Of a DNA stretch of 64,000 bases, positions 51,401 to 60,873 are shown piece by piece (position 1 is the first letter of the stretch; every line of letters starts with the position of its first letter). The DNA is from Mytilus californianus (Eukaryota). Location: positions 24,366,001 through 24,430,000 of the forward strand of contig NW_026262690.1 in NCBI RefSeq assembly GCF_021869535.1. The letters run 5' to 3'. The notes under the pieces are model-generated. The model was not told the DNA's origin. It worked only from the letters and a program-made list of their open reading frames with translations, and ran no database searches. The position numbers were made by a program, and so were the translations under genes.

Positions 51401-52923
51401 TGTCTATTATATATCAGTTTGTTTTTACTTTATTTGCCGGTACATGGTTCAGTTGCTTTTTAAAACAGTGTCAAGATTTCATGATCAAGTGATTTATTGG
51501 TAATATTTAGACCCTCAGTATGTTTTTCATAGATACATCACTAGAGCTTTTGTAATTTTGACACATGACACTTATCCTTGGCATGATTTTAGAGATGCCT
51601 TTATATCATACACTTGCATGGAAGTGATACCCTTTGACAAAAAAAAACGTCATTTAAAATTGATCTTGTCCTGACTTTTTTTGCTATGCCTGTAGATGTT
51701 GTGGTGATTTTTGGTTAGTTACTTTATTATGGCGAGTTACAGATGAAGACTTTCTTTTCAAGGAATGACAGGAGTCCTGGCACATCTAGTCATAAATGAA
51801 TCAAGAGTAGATACTTTTTAATTTTTAACATCAAAATATATACATGTTGAATAATTTCCAGTTTTTCCTTGGTCTTGTTAAGAATTTTTTTATTGCTAAT
51901 AACGGTATGGCCATAGAAATATTATATACTGTATATAAATTCCTGAGAAGAAAATTATTAATCCTATATGCATTTGCATTTTCAGTCCCAAAGCCAAATA
52001 TATCATTTGTGGATCAGAAGACCAGTTTGTTTATATCTGGAAACAGAATCATGATTTCTACAAATTTTCATCAGCTCGTAGAGATCGTAACGATTATTGG
52101 GAAGCAATAAAAAGTAGGCCATATTTATCTCAGATTTTTAAAAAAAAAATTGCAAAAAAAAAAAACATGTTTGCATAAGCTGCTGTAAAAGTAACAGACT
52201 TTCATGACATATATAAATATGATGATAAGTGCACATGAAGACATAAAATTTTATTTTTACATGTTATGAAACAGATATGTTAAACATATTGCTAAAAACA
52301 CTTTCCTCATCACCACTTACTTATTCCCAGAGGCAACTGACATTCTTGAAATGTGCAAATTTGAATTATCTTTGTATCCAATATACAGGGGAATTACACA
52401 TATCAGGCAGAAGCAATGAAAAAGAGATTAACAGAACACCAAAAAAAATCTTTAAACAAGAATATAAATAATGCAAAATCAGAGTGCCGAGTATTTTCTA
52501 ATATCACCATTGGACTTTGACTAATACTGTTTTTCTAAAATTATAGCAACAAGTTAATAATACATTCTATGATACAATCTATTCAGGTATCATCATTGTC
52601 CCATGTTTTTAAGGGTCCTTGGTGGACTCTGAAAGAGAAATAATTTGAATGAAATACAAAATTGTGTAATTGTAGTATTTAGCAAGAAATGCAACAAAAC
52701 AATGCATCATTTCTATAGTTTGTTTTATGTATCTCTTCATTTTGCAGTTCACAATGCTGTTGTAACAGCAGCCATCTTTGCTCCCAAGCCTTCCTTATTA
52801 AAACCAAATAGTAAGAAGAAATATGCAGAAGATTCAGATGAAGATGAAGGAGAAGTTATGGTTACAGCAGATTTTACTGGAGCATTGAAAGTGGTCCGAA
52901 ACTTAAAAGGAACATTGCATTAG
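9435..52923 (+). CDS. WDR44: WD repeat-containing protein 44 (Rab11-binding protein), 20 coding exons, 999 aa
   Basis: join(9435-9493,16525-16570,17752-18056,22525-22597,23888-24508,31390-31536,32485-32637,36794-37017,38502-38575,39166-39227,39935-40012,40539-40674,41020-41090,43029-43142,44650-44772,45657-45848,48120-48221,49070-49185,51986-52113,52748-52923) = 3000 nt. All introns GT-AG with matching phases. Contains the FFAT-like EEFYDAEE, the [33 protein letters not shown] motif and the WDR44-type WD40 C-terminus. The middle N-terminal exons rest on splice and frame logic only. Confidence 0.93.
9754..9921 (+). mobile_element. Small MITE with TA flanks, nested in MULE copy A
   Basis: Inverted ends (AATA)CACCTTATCGCTATT / AATAGTGATAAGGTG(TATT). 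Absent from the homologous position in copy B. Confidence 0.75.
10720..11027 (-). pseudogene. MULE (Mutator-like) transposase C-terminal exon fragment
   Basis: (G)[30 protein letters not shown]...[26 protein letters not shown] resembles the EGWH-containing C-terminus of animal MULE transposases. Preceded by a TTTTCTTATTCTATTTTAG acceptor. Confidence 0.6.
11318..11830 (-). pseudogene. Degraded LINE reverse-transcriptase fragment (CR1/L2 group)
   Basis: [15 protein letters not shown]...[14 protein letters not shown]...[19 protein letters not shown]...[20 protein letters not shown], with in-frame stops. Confidence 0.85.
12573..12779 (-). mobile_element. Diverged inverted copy of the 9754-9921 MITE
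   Basis: Reverse-complement match, e.g. GTCATACAACAATCACTTTTCC, TGTGGCGTCAGA, and terminal AAGGTGTATT. Confidence 0.65.
12833..16092. mobile_element. MULE-related element, copy B, a diverged paralog of copy A lacking the transposase fragment
   Basis: Colinear homologous blocks with copy A: 12835 vs 9575, 13360 vs 10070 (GATTGAACTGGA...GTTGACACCTTTTTAATCACC), 13500 vs 10150, 15750 vs 12040, 16025 vs 12290. Confidence 0.6.
14174..15385. mobile_element. TIR element inserted in a (TA)n tract, with subterminal 18-20-bp tandem repeats
   Basis: Ends GTAGGACTCTAAAGTGCGATGG / CCATCGCACATTAGAGTCCTAC. About 6-7 (ACG)CTAAAGTGCGATGG subrepeats per arm. (TA)n on both flanks. Confidence 0.8.
16525..16570 (+). 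CDS. WDR44: WDR44 exon 2
   Basis: TTTTTAG|G TAT GTT...TTT TCT|GTAAGT. Phases 2/0 fit the neighbouring exons. Confidence 0.75.
17752..18056 (+). CDS. WDR44: WDR44 exon 3
   Basis: Open acidic frame ECVTDSEE...RIQED(R), TTTTATAG acceptor, GTACAT donor, phases 0/2. Confidence 0.8.
20182..21160 (+). mobile_element. HINE-type fragments with a (GTCC/GTCT)n microsatellite
   Basis: 5' hairpin TCCCCTATCGACGAAGTCGAAGGGGA and microsatellite at 20230-20265. Internal repeat units at 20270-20410 and again at 20830-21110. Confidence 0.55.
21226..21879. mobile_element. MITE with long TIRs
   Basis: CAGTCAGGGGTACTACTTGTACAAGTAAT...TTTACTTGAAGAAGTAA is mirrored at the right end. Both flanks read TTTAT. Confidence 0.8.
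22525..22597 (+). CDS. WDR44: WDR44 exon 4
   Basis: (R)[24 protein letters not shown], phases 2/0, AG/GT boundaries. Confidence 0.8.
23339..23861 (+). mobile_element. HINE-type element family E, 3'-truncated, about 3 internal ~150-bp repeats
   Basis: 5' TTTTATGCCCCCGCCGTAGCGG, (ACGT)n microsatellite, tandem units. Same family as 27027-27575 and 42408-42672. Confidence 0.7.
23888..24508 (+). CDS. WDR44: WDR44 exon 5
   Basis: 621-nt open frame from [10 protein letters not shown] to [20 protein letters not shown] acceptor, GTATTA donor. Confidence 0.85.
26552..26674. mobile_element. Short palindromic (hairpin) MITE
   Basis: TAGTCCAAAT-GAAGTCTTGAAAGGCTATTTTAATTTTTTGCTGTGACGCC pairs with GGTGTCACAGCAAAAAATAAAAATAGCCTTTCAAGACGTC...ATTTGGACTA. 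Confidence 0.65.
27027..27575 (+). mobile_element. HINE family E, 5'-truncated copy
   Basis: Three to four ~150-bp units nearly identical to 23400-23860. 3' hairpin TGTGTCCCATGAACACA. Confidence 0.7.
28121..28516. repeat. Minisatellite, 9 x 44 bp, in WDR44 intron 5
   Basis: Unit AACAATGCAACCAGAGTAACAATCTCCAATAAACCATGGCCATC. 396 bp = 9 near-identical copies. Confidence 0.95.
30713..30900. mobile_element. MITE, 188 bp
   Basis: TIR GAGGGGCCTGATGGG / CCCATCAGGCCCCTC. Direct flanks ATAAAT (or TAAA if the TIR is 1 nt longer). Internal TCGTGAT repeats. Confidence 0.8.
31390..31536 (+). CDS. WDR44: WDR44 exon 6
   Basis: [19 protein letters not shown]...[18 protein letters not shown] acceptor, GTATGT donor, phases 0/0. 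Confidence 0.8.
32485..32637 (+). CDS. WDR44: WDR44 exon 7 (using the first donor of the array)
   Basis: [15 protein letters not shown]...[17 protein letters not shown] joins exon 8 EILDAV to rebuild the conserved [16 protein letters not shown] motif. Confidence 0.88.
32582..35461 (+). repeat. Tandem array, 48 x 60 bp, derived from the 3' end of WDR44 exon 7 plus its splice donor
   Basis: Unit about CTAATATACAGATGTTTAGACCTGGCTCAAACTCTGGTCATCTGTTGACAGATCAGGTAA. Unit 1 is the exon itself. All 48 keep CAG|GT. Source of the 471-aa and 492-aa repetitive ORFs. Confidence 0.97.
36794..37017 (+). CDS. WDR44: WDR44 exon 8 (Rab11-binding region)
   Basis: [44 protein letters not shown], conserved in WDR44. 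Confidence 0.93.
38502..38575 (+). CDS. WDR44: WDR44 exon 9
   Basis: [24 protein letters not shown], phases 2/1. Confidence 0.85.
39166..39227 (+). CDS. WDR44: WDR44 exon 10
   Basis: [20 protein letters not shown], phases 1/0. Confidence 0.8.
39935..40012 (+). CDS. WDR44: WDR44 exon 11
   Basis: [26 protein letters not shown], like human YDFDQIKVVQDLSGEHM. Confidence 0.9.
40539..40674 (+). CDS. WDR44: WDR44 exon 12 (first WD40 repeat)
   Basis: [30 protein letters not shown]. Confidence 0.95.
41020..41090 (+). CDS. WDR44: WDR44 exon 13
   Basis: [23 protein letters not shown], phases 1/0. Confidence 0.85.
41155..42050. repeat. Degenerate ~55-60-bp minisatellite interrupted by a HINE
   Basis: GAAC(A/G)GYTGTTATGTCAGTGGCTTTTGATTGTA-like units at about 41165, 41225, 41845, 41965 and 42020. 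Confidence 0.6.
41262..41830 (+). mobile_element. HINE-type element (family D-related)
   Basis: 5' TTTTGTCTCTCCTGCGAC, 3' CAGGCGAGACATATCTCTGTGTCAACAG, and two to three internal repeat units. Confidence 0.6.
42408..42672 (+). mobile_element. HINE family E, complete short copy with one internal unit
   Basis: 5' TTTTGCCCC, (ACGT)n, one unit, 3' GGGGCAT plus hairpin TGTGTCCATGGGACACA. Confidence 0.75.
43029..43142 (+). CDS. WDR44: WDR44 exon 14
   Basis: ...[24 protein letters not shown]. Confidence 0.95.
44650..44772 (+). CDS. WDR44: WDR44 exon 15
   Basis: [41 protein letters not shown]. Confidence 0.95.
45657..45848 (+). CDS. WDR44: WDR44 exon 16
   Basis: [30 protein letters not shown]...[13 protein letters not shown]. 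Confidence 0.95.
45867..47228 (+). mobile_element. HINE family A, near full-length
   Basis: 5' TTTTTATACGACCGC hairpin, (GTC)n, ~160-bp internal repeats, 3' GCAGTCGTAT inverted repeat plus short hairpin and T-rich end. Confidence 0.75.
48120..48221 (+). CDS. WDR44: WDR44 exon 17
   Basis: [34 protein letters not shown]. Confidence 0.95.
49070..49185 (+). CDS. WDR44: WDR44 exon 18
   Basis: [38 protein letters not shown](S). Confidence 0.95.
49359..51089. repeat. Minisatellite, about 15 x 45 bp, split by a hAT insertion
   Basis: Unit AGGATGTTTAAACCCACCAATAAGGCAACTTTAGGAGTGGGATCT. Two full units lie left of the insertion, one is interrupted, and about 12 lie to the right. Confidence 0.95.
49467..50512. 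mobile_element. Non-autonomous hAT element, 1046 bp
   Basis: TIRs CAGGGCTTCCAAAA / TTTTGGAAGCCTTG. 8-bp TSD GTTTAAAC at 49459-49466 and 50513-50520. Confidence 0.88.
51986..52113 (+). CDS. WDR44: WDR44 exon 19
   Basis: [42 protein letters not shown]. Confidence 0.95.
52748..52923 (+). CDS. WDR44: WDR44 exon 20 (terminal)
   Basis: [14 protein letters not shown]...[22 protein letters not shown]. Confidence 0.95.
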
Positions 52924-55900
52924 AAATCTAAGGATAAATCATAATAGAAATGATCATTTTCATCATTTTAATGTAGAAGTTTGACTTTATTTCTATCAGA
53001 TTTCTGCCACCAAAGAAGGGGATTTGAGCAAATGAGACTCCAAATGTACTTTTTATGATAGTGAAATTTTCCCTAACAAGATTTTGTTGCATTACAATAG
53101 CTTGTTCAAGGAAATAAATGGCACAGATTATTTTAAAGATATAAAGTACTGGTATTGCAGTTTTAACATTTAGATTTTCATTACCTATTTAGTTTAGCAG
53201 TTCAGAGAATCATGACTATAATGGTGTTTCAGTCTGATATTTAAATATTTACTTTATTGTAGATTTTAGAAATTGTCCGTTTATTTTTTTTTAGAAATTT
53301 TCTAAAATATCTAATTAATTATTATTTTTTAGAAATATATATTTTCTTTCATTATGCAATCTTTCTCAATTAGTAGTACAAACTTAAATAATTATTTTTC
53401 GATTTTTTTTATGTTAATTATGTCATTTTTACCCTTGGAGAATAATTTTGTATTTTAAAAGATAAAAATCACATACATTGTAGTGTGACCTGAAAATAGA
53501 CATCATGCAACACAAATTTTATACATGGTATTATGTGTAAGAATATACAGTTATTTGGTAAACAGGAAGTGGATGAGCAATGAACCTGAAAATGCATTGC
53601 ACAGTAATTCATGCTCACATGAAGCTTGCATACCAAATTTCAGGAAGCTCTGATTTTTAGTTCCTGAGATAAACTTTACCAAAATTTTATGGGAGGTACG
53701 GACAGGCCGACAGATGTTAACCAGTATACTCCCTCCTTTTGAAGCAAGATATAAAACGTTTACAAATTTTAAGATAAAAATTAATTTAAAAACCAACATT
53801 TCAGCTGCTTTTAAAAAAAATGTCATTTATAATTATATATCATAAACACAAATAAGGAAGAGTCTTAGTGAATTTGTTCATTGTATACCCTCCTTACTCA
53901 GGAGAAGCAGTCAGTCTGTCAATCATATAAAAGAACAGATATTTTAAGCCTGTTCTTAATACTTAAGTTTATGATAACTATACAAGTTTATACTTGTTTC
54001 TCAGTCACTGCCATTCTGGCTTGTTTTTACTGCCATTAAAATAGTTTTTTCCATTGACTGGAATTACTAAAGGGTAAATTCAGCAATTTCTTGGATTTGT
54101 TTTGGTCTGATTTACTTAATTAACTTCAATATTAATTTCTAGATTTTTACCAATTTTTTATAGTTGGAAGTTAGGGACGTTTAAATAAAACCCATTGTTT
54201 CAACTGAGCAGTGTCATTTATACCTTTTAATTTGAAAGTGAAAGTTGGGACATATACATTCAGAACATAATGCACAAATTTAAACATAAATTCAGATTTT
54301 TCTTTACCTCTGAAGCTAATGCACTTTTGAATATTCCTCAACTAGATACAGCATTGATTTAAAAACATGTATCTGTAAATGTATCTCATGAGGGATCTAG
54401 AATGGTTTCCATGTACCTGAGATACTGTAAAAATAAGGAGATCCATTTTAGCTCAGGTCTCAAATGTTTGAGTATGTTTTCTAATGTCTATATGTAATAA
54501 TAAGATGATAGATGACAATAAAACATGCCCATTTATTTTATTGTTGCTGAAATAACATTGAATACAAATTTCTTTAAAAGATTGACAAAAATCATCATGT
54601 GTGGGAGATACAATCTTGATAATAAAAAAAAAATTGTGTAAAATAATATGCAAATTAAGCATACTCCTCATAATTCATTTGAAAAAAAGGCAAGTATTTG
54701 AGAACCAGAAGATAAGATGTCATGGCATTAAAATTTGTTTCTGTGTTTTTTACAATTTGTGGTCTAAATTTTAAAAAAACATTTTGTGTGCATGGTTATT
54801 AAAATGGCAATTCCCTCTGTCCTGCTCATGCAAATTTGAATGATTTTAATTACACTTGTTAAGTTTTCAGCTATATTTGTTTTAATTATGATAGCAGAAA
54901 TTATGAGTCATTTAATCTTTTCCAGAAATCACTTTTCTTATTTCTGAAATATAACATGGCTATTAAAATGGCAATTCCCCTGTCACACATGCTCATTCAA
55001 ATTGAAGTGATTTTAATTGTACTTATTAAGTTTTGAGCTAGTTTGTCTGTATTAAGTAAGCCTGTAGATGTATTGAATCTACTTATTAAGTTTTGAGCTA
55101 GTTTGTCTGTATTAAGTATGCCTGTAGATGTATTGAATCATTTAGTTTGTTCCAGATATAAATGTTCTTATTTCTATAATATTATTTATGTATCTTATAG
55201 TATGAGTTGTCCATTTTATTGAAGTATCTGTGCAATATAATTGTCTGTGATAATGTTGTAATGAATTGAATTGATGCAAAAGTAGTATCGTGGATTTTTT
55301 TGAAATCCAAGAACTGACACTTTTCAGGTTTGTACTTTACAAAACATTATTGTATCAGTCTTATTAATATTGTTAACATGGGCATTTATAATGAGAGCCA
55401 ATTTAGATTTAGTGCTTTGTTTTATATCAAATAGATTTTCAAAATTTTCAAACAGACAAATCTATAAACATGGAAATACACTTTGTAAAAACATTTTTAC
55501 TCTTCAATTAAGGTATACATTTAGAATATGGTACACAATTTTTACTTTTTATTTATTTGGAAACATTAGTCTTGTTGATAACTTTTATACAACTAAACAT
55601 TTTCAATTCAGGGAAAGATAATTATACTGAATAAAATGCAATTCAGCCAAATTTGACATTTTTGTGAAATCACTAACTATAAAATCAATAGATAATTATA
55701 GATTATTTGGTTTTTCAAACAAGAATGTGATTCTCAGCTACAATCTCATCGAAAAGGGGACAGACCTGAGATGAGATGTAACTGAATTACCATTGATCAT
55801 CTGTTGGTCATCATAATAGTATACCAACTGTTTATTAATTAATGCCATTAAAAAAAATTGAAATAGATGGCAAAGAATTCATCATAATTAAAGATTTGTT

Positions 55901-58900
55901 TACATTTACATTGAAAATGGGGTTAAATTGAAACATGTAATATCATCAAAATTATTGACCTTTTCCATATCTGTTGACGTATTATAGCAATCGGACTGTT
56001 GAAACATAGTTCCTTTAATTGCTTCTTAACCTTTGTGGCATTGTCATCTTTAAAGTTGACTTGTTTACATGCACCAATAGATTTTCATGACATTAGTTAG
56101 ACATCAGAATTGTATGATTTAATGGTATATGGCCCATATAGTATCATTAAGTAGCAGTAGCACAGTATGGTCCCATGTAGGGTTACTCTCATCCTATATA
56201 TGGAACAGTGGGATTTTTTTACAGAATTGATATAATTTATGATAATTTGCTTTCTAAAATTGTTCTTTGAAATTAAGTGAGATGCTTGACTTTCCAAATG
56301 TAATAATTGAGATAGGTTTCATAGTAATTCATTTAAATGCTGGGATTTTTTTTAACACTTTAATTCAAGCTAATGGACCATTTTATTTCAATTTCTAGCA
56401 AGTATTAGCTATTTATCAGAAAGGGTATAGAATAAATATTTAAAAAGTTACTTTATGTATGGATAACATAATAAATCCTCAAATATGAGTAATTTTTATT
56501 TAATTCCATCAGAATAAAAAAATAAAAATAAATAAAATAGCAATCAAATGGAAAGTGAAACCACTTGCTTTTATGTAAGTAAAACCTTTTTTTTCTCTCC
56601 AATTTTCAGTAAATAGAATTAGCATATTGTGTTCGTTTGTCAAATGATCTCATATTGCAAAACATAACTAAATGCCAAAGCAAAATGATTTGTATTCTGT
56701 CTCGAATGTGAAAATTCAATTAAGGCAGGACATCATTATTTGTCTGAGGAAAGCATTGACATGAAATAATTATTAAAGCTAAATTTCCCAATTTTCATAT
56801 GGTTTTCCCAAATTTGTATTGAGGTTACTAATTCAATTTTTTGTCACCTGACTTTGATCTCATTTTCATGCTCCAGTGGTATAAAGTTTTCAGGCTTAGT
56901 TCTGTTTCTCATTCACTATCAATGATTGGAAAACAATAGTTGATATGTGGATTCGTAACAAATATATGCTCATTTGGCATGTCTAAATTAAAAAATGTCC
57001 TTGACCTCATTTTAAGACTATTAATCTAGTTCAGTTTTTCAGGATTTAATTAGTTCCTTGTAATGCTTACCCAATAATGTCTGTTGTTAAGTCACTAAAC
57101 ATGACAGGTAACCAATATTGTGGATTTTCTGTAAAACAGTTGATGTCTGTTTTACATGTCATGACAAGTCAATTTAAAAAGAAAGAAAATAGTAAAAAAA
57201 AAATGTTTATCATGACATGTAAAACTATAAATTGTTTTGCTAAGGCTTTTCATACTTAATGTTTGTGCCAAAAAAAGAACCACTCATGACAAAACCAATG
57301 CTTTACAAACTAAATGTTTGATTTCAATCCTCATGTTCATTTTTCATAGAGACACAACTTATTAGAAAATACATTTTTTTCCGATCATTAAAAATTTGTG
57401 AAAACCTGGTTTTTAGCATTTTAAAAAATAAAAAGCTGCATACAAAAATGATCTAGAAACATTGCATTTTTTTTGTTTAGCTAAAAAATATTAAAAGTAC
57501 AGGAATATTTTATGGAAATTGTATATGTATGTTATTACTATATATACAATATATATATATGCCAGTAATTTTGTATTAAAAATATCATATGATCAAAGTA
57601 AACTATCTTCACTGATCTTCAAGTGTTAGTTCAATCTCATACTTTTTAATTATACATGACATATATTTATCATATTCAGAGGGCATTTACAGAAATATTT
57701 ATGTATGGAATATGAATCAATAAATGCTACATGAATAAAAAGAAATTTCTGCTAGTCATGATAGAGGAATAAAGAATCACAAATTGTTCTTTTCTTTAGG
57801 TACAAGACAGAGTTCTAATGATTTATCAAAGAATTCAGTGGATTCTCATGCCAGAAATGAATGACAGGAGGGGGTATATGTCAATCAAAAACACAACAAG
57901 AAAAAAAAACCCCAGATCAAGCATCAACATTTAGTTTTCATCATTGGTTGGTTGGTACAGTAGCAAATTTTGAAGGAAAATCGTTCTCTACTGCTACACA
58001 TGTAGTCTATGGCCAAGGGCTAGAAAAATGTATGTTTCAGGTACCTATTTCGTAGTCACTAGTTTCTTCTGAAATATAACAGTACTCTGATCAATTGACC
58101 ACTAACAGACAACTGATGAGTTTTACGAGGTGTATTATGAGTTCCACTAGAAAAGGGGCCATTATTTACTAGTTATGGATACCTTTTCTGTGAATCGAAA
58201 TAAATATGCTGGACATCTGAATTACTTGCCCTATGTCAACAGTATTACCTGCCAATGTACAGGAAGTATTATACCAGTTTTTATTTATCACTTTGTCTGG
58301 TATAGACAACAATTTGTTGATATTAGCTTAAATAAAAAGATGTTGCACTATTGATAGGTAGCAGGGAATTCTGCTCAAACAGATACTTGGGTCTGCCTTG
58401 AACTTTCAGAGAGGTAGGAGTTTTGCTCCGGTTTGAATGTCACACTGTGACTCATATAAAAGCAGCACTAATTAAATTGCTATTTATTTTTTCGGCAGAT
58501 AGCCTTATAAATATTCATTATTTCATTGGTTGGTAACGTTTGAACGGACAGAACTTCTCTCATTAAAAATGTTCATTTCGTCCTGACAAAGCTTGTTGTA
58601 GTCTGTCCTCACAACATTGAGCGTTTTTGTACTTTCAATGACATAAGAAACGATAATACGTTTTTGAAGAAAAATATTCTGATACATTGAACACAAAATT
58701 AAATCCTCTTTATAAAGTATAATTCCAACTCCTTATGAAGCTACATTATATGGTTAATGCATGGACCAAGTCTGACTCCTTATGTTGCCTTTAGTTGGTG
58801 TCCTTTTTCAAAATCCTAGATCTGCAACTGCTCTGTTAAAATGAACTTAAAGAATACGAAAGATTTCAGTTGCAAAACCTGAACATATTGAAATATCATA

Positions 58901-59168
58901 ATAGATTATCGTGTCCACTTGATTAAACTTTGATTGTTATGCACTAAAAAGGAATTCATAAAACTTCTGAATACATTTCCAGGAATTTTAAAAATACAAA
59001 AAAAAGAAAAATTCACGTTTGGACTATCACCTAATTATTTTGTTCATGAAAACATACAATTTTGTCTGACCAAGTAATCAGAGAGACATACAAATTGAAA
59101 ACACTTCTTAGTCTTTGACAATTACAACTATTGGCATACATATACAGATTTCACCTTAAGAAGTTTAC

Positions 59169-60226
59169 TTTTTATACGACCACGACCGCAAAAATTTTTG
59201 CGGTCGTATATTGGTATCACGTCTTCGTCGTCAGCTTTGTCCAAAGACACTTGGTTTCCAGACAATAACTTTAGTAAATGTAAATAAAAATCTATGAAAT
59301 TTAAACACAAGGTTTATAACCACAAAAGGAAGGTTGGGATTGATTTTGGGGGTTATAGTCCTAACAGTTTAGGAATTAGGGGCCAAAAAGGGGCCCAAAT
59401 AAGCATTTTTCTAGCTTCCAGACAATAACTTGTGGGATGGTGTATGAATCTCTCTGAAATTATACCACAAGTTTCCATGCCACAAAGGGATGGTTAGGAT
59501 TGGCTTTGGGGGGTTATGGCTCAAACCATTTAGGAATTAGGGGCAAAAAAGGGGGAAAACAAGGGTTTCCTGGTTAATGGACAATTAAAAAAAAGTACAA
59601 TATTGTGTTTGGTTTACCTCCCTTACACTGTTTTTAAATTATGTTAAAAGAAATGTTGTATTGTCTTGAGGTGATTAGCTGTCAATTTATTTTTAGAAGT
59701 TACTATTTAAAACTGCTGATTAAGGAATATTAATTTTAGCCATGATTAAGTATGTCATTTTCTATTTAAGACTTTTATGATGTATTTAAATGGGTAATTA
59801 TGGTTGCAAACTCCATTGGAAATTTGAATTGAGATTATAAACATATCTTGAGGGAAAGAATTTTTGGGGGGGAAAAAAGGGGGGGGGAGGTGAAAAAAAA
59901 ATTGGGGGGGAGGACAATTTTTTCTCATTTCAGATTTCAGAAATTAAAAAAAAAATTATTCAAATTATTTTTTGGGGGGGGGGGGGGGTCAATTCGCAAC
60001 AGCATAGTGTATTGCACAAAAGCAACAAATAGAATATAAATTCAAATAACCAATTCTAAGTTCTTTGACTACAGTTATTCTGTGTCAGAAACCTATTATG
60101 TGCCAAATATTTAATTACAATCCAAATTCAGACCTGTATAAAGCGCGAATATTGTGTCTATTTTTGCCCCAACTGTTCAGGGTGGACCTCTGCGGTCGTA
60201 TCAAACTGCGCTCAGCGAAGCAATTT
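59169..60226 (+). mobile_element. HINE family A copy
   Basis: Same termini as 45867-47228: ATACGACC...GCGGTCGTAT hairpin and 3' CTCTGCGGTCGTATCAAACTGCGCTCAGCGAAGCA. Confidence 0.75.
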
Positions 60227-60605
60227 ACTTTATCCTTTATATTGAAAATATTAGATAAAGAATCCAAATAGCAGAGTGATTTTACAAATAGAAGTTTTCT
60301 TACTACTTAAGAATTTTTATAGCTGGAAATTCATCTTTCGATTATACCTTATTTTGATATTGGATTCGTGAATTGGGGAAAAGCAGAGACATATATATGT
60401 CTCTGGGAAAAGTTTAACAGCTCCTAACTTGACGAAATAGATCTATAGATATGTGCTAGCTACGCCCTGAAATATTTGCCACTTGAAGTTAAACAAACAA
60501 CAATCAATTCATCATTTGCTAGTAGAGTATATTCCTTTCTCTCAAGTGGTAGATCCATGACTTACTGTGTCGGTTTTAATCCATGGCGGGTACAGTAGCA
60601 AAGTT

Positions 60606-60873
60606 TAGGGAGCTACCATTTGATTTTTATGGGGGTGGGGGGGCCAGGATGAAAAATTTTGTCCTGCATTTTTTTTTAGTTGTGATCTCTGTTCTGCCTT
60701 TTAATTTTTTTCTCTATTCGGTCCTGTCTTTTTTTTTAATAGTTTATCCTGACTTTTTTTACATAAATTGTCATCCTGCCTTTTTTTTTGGCCAAGTTGC
60801 TCATCCTGCCTTTTTTTTTACTCAAAACTTCTGTCCTGCCTTTTTTTTTTTAAATTTCATCCTAGCCCCCCCC
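60606..60873. mobile_element. MITE remnant with internal ATCCTGCC-poly(T) repeats; outer right TIR missing
   Basis: Left end TTAGGGAGCTACCATTTGATTTTTATGGGGG. Inner inverted pair GGGGGGCCAGGATGAAA / TTTCATCCTAGCCCCCC. Confidence 0.55.
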
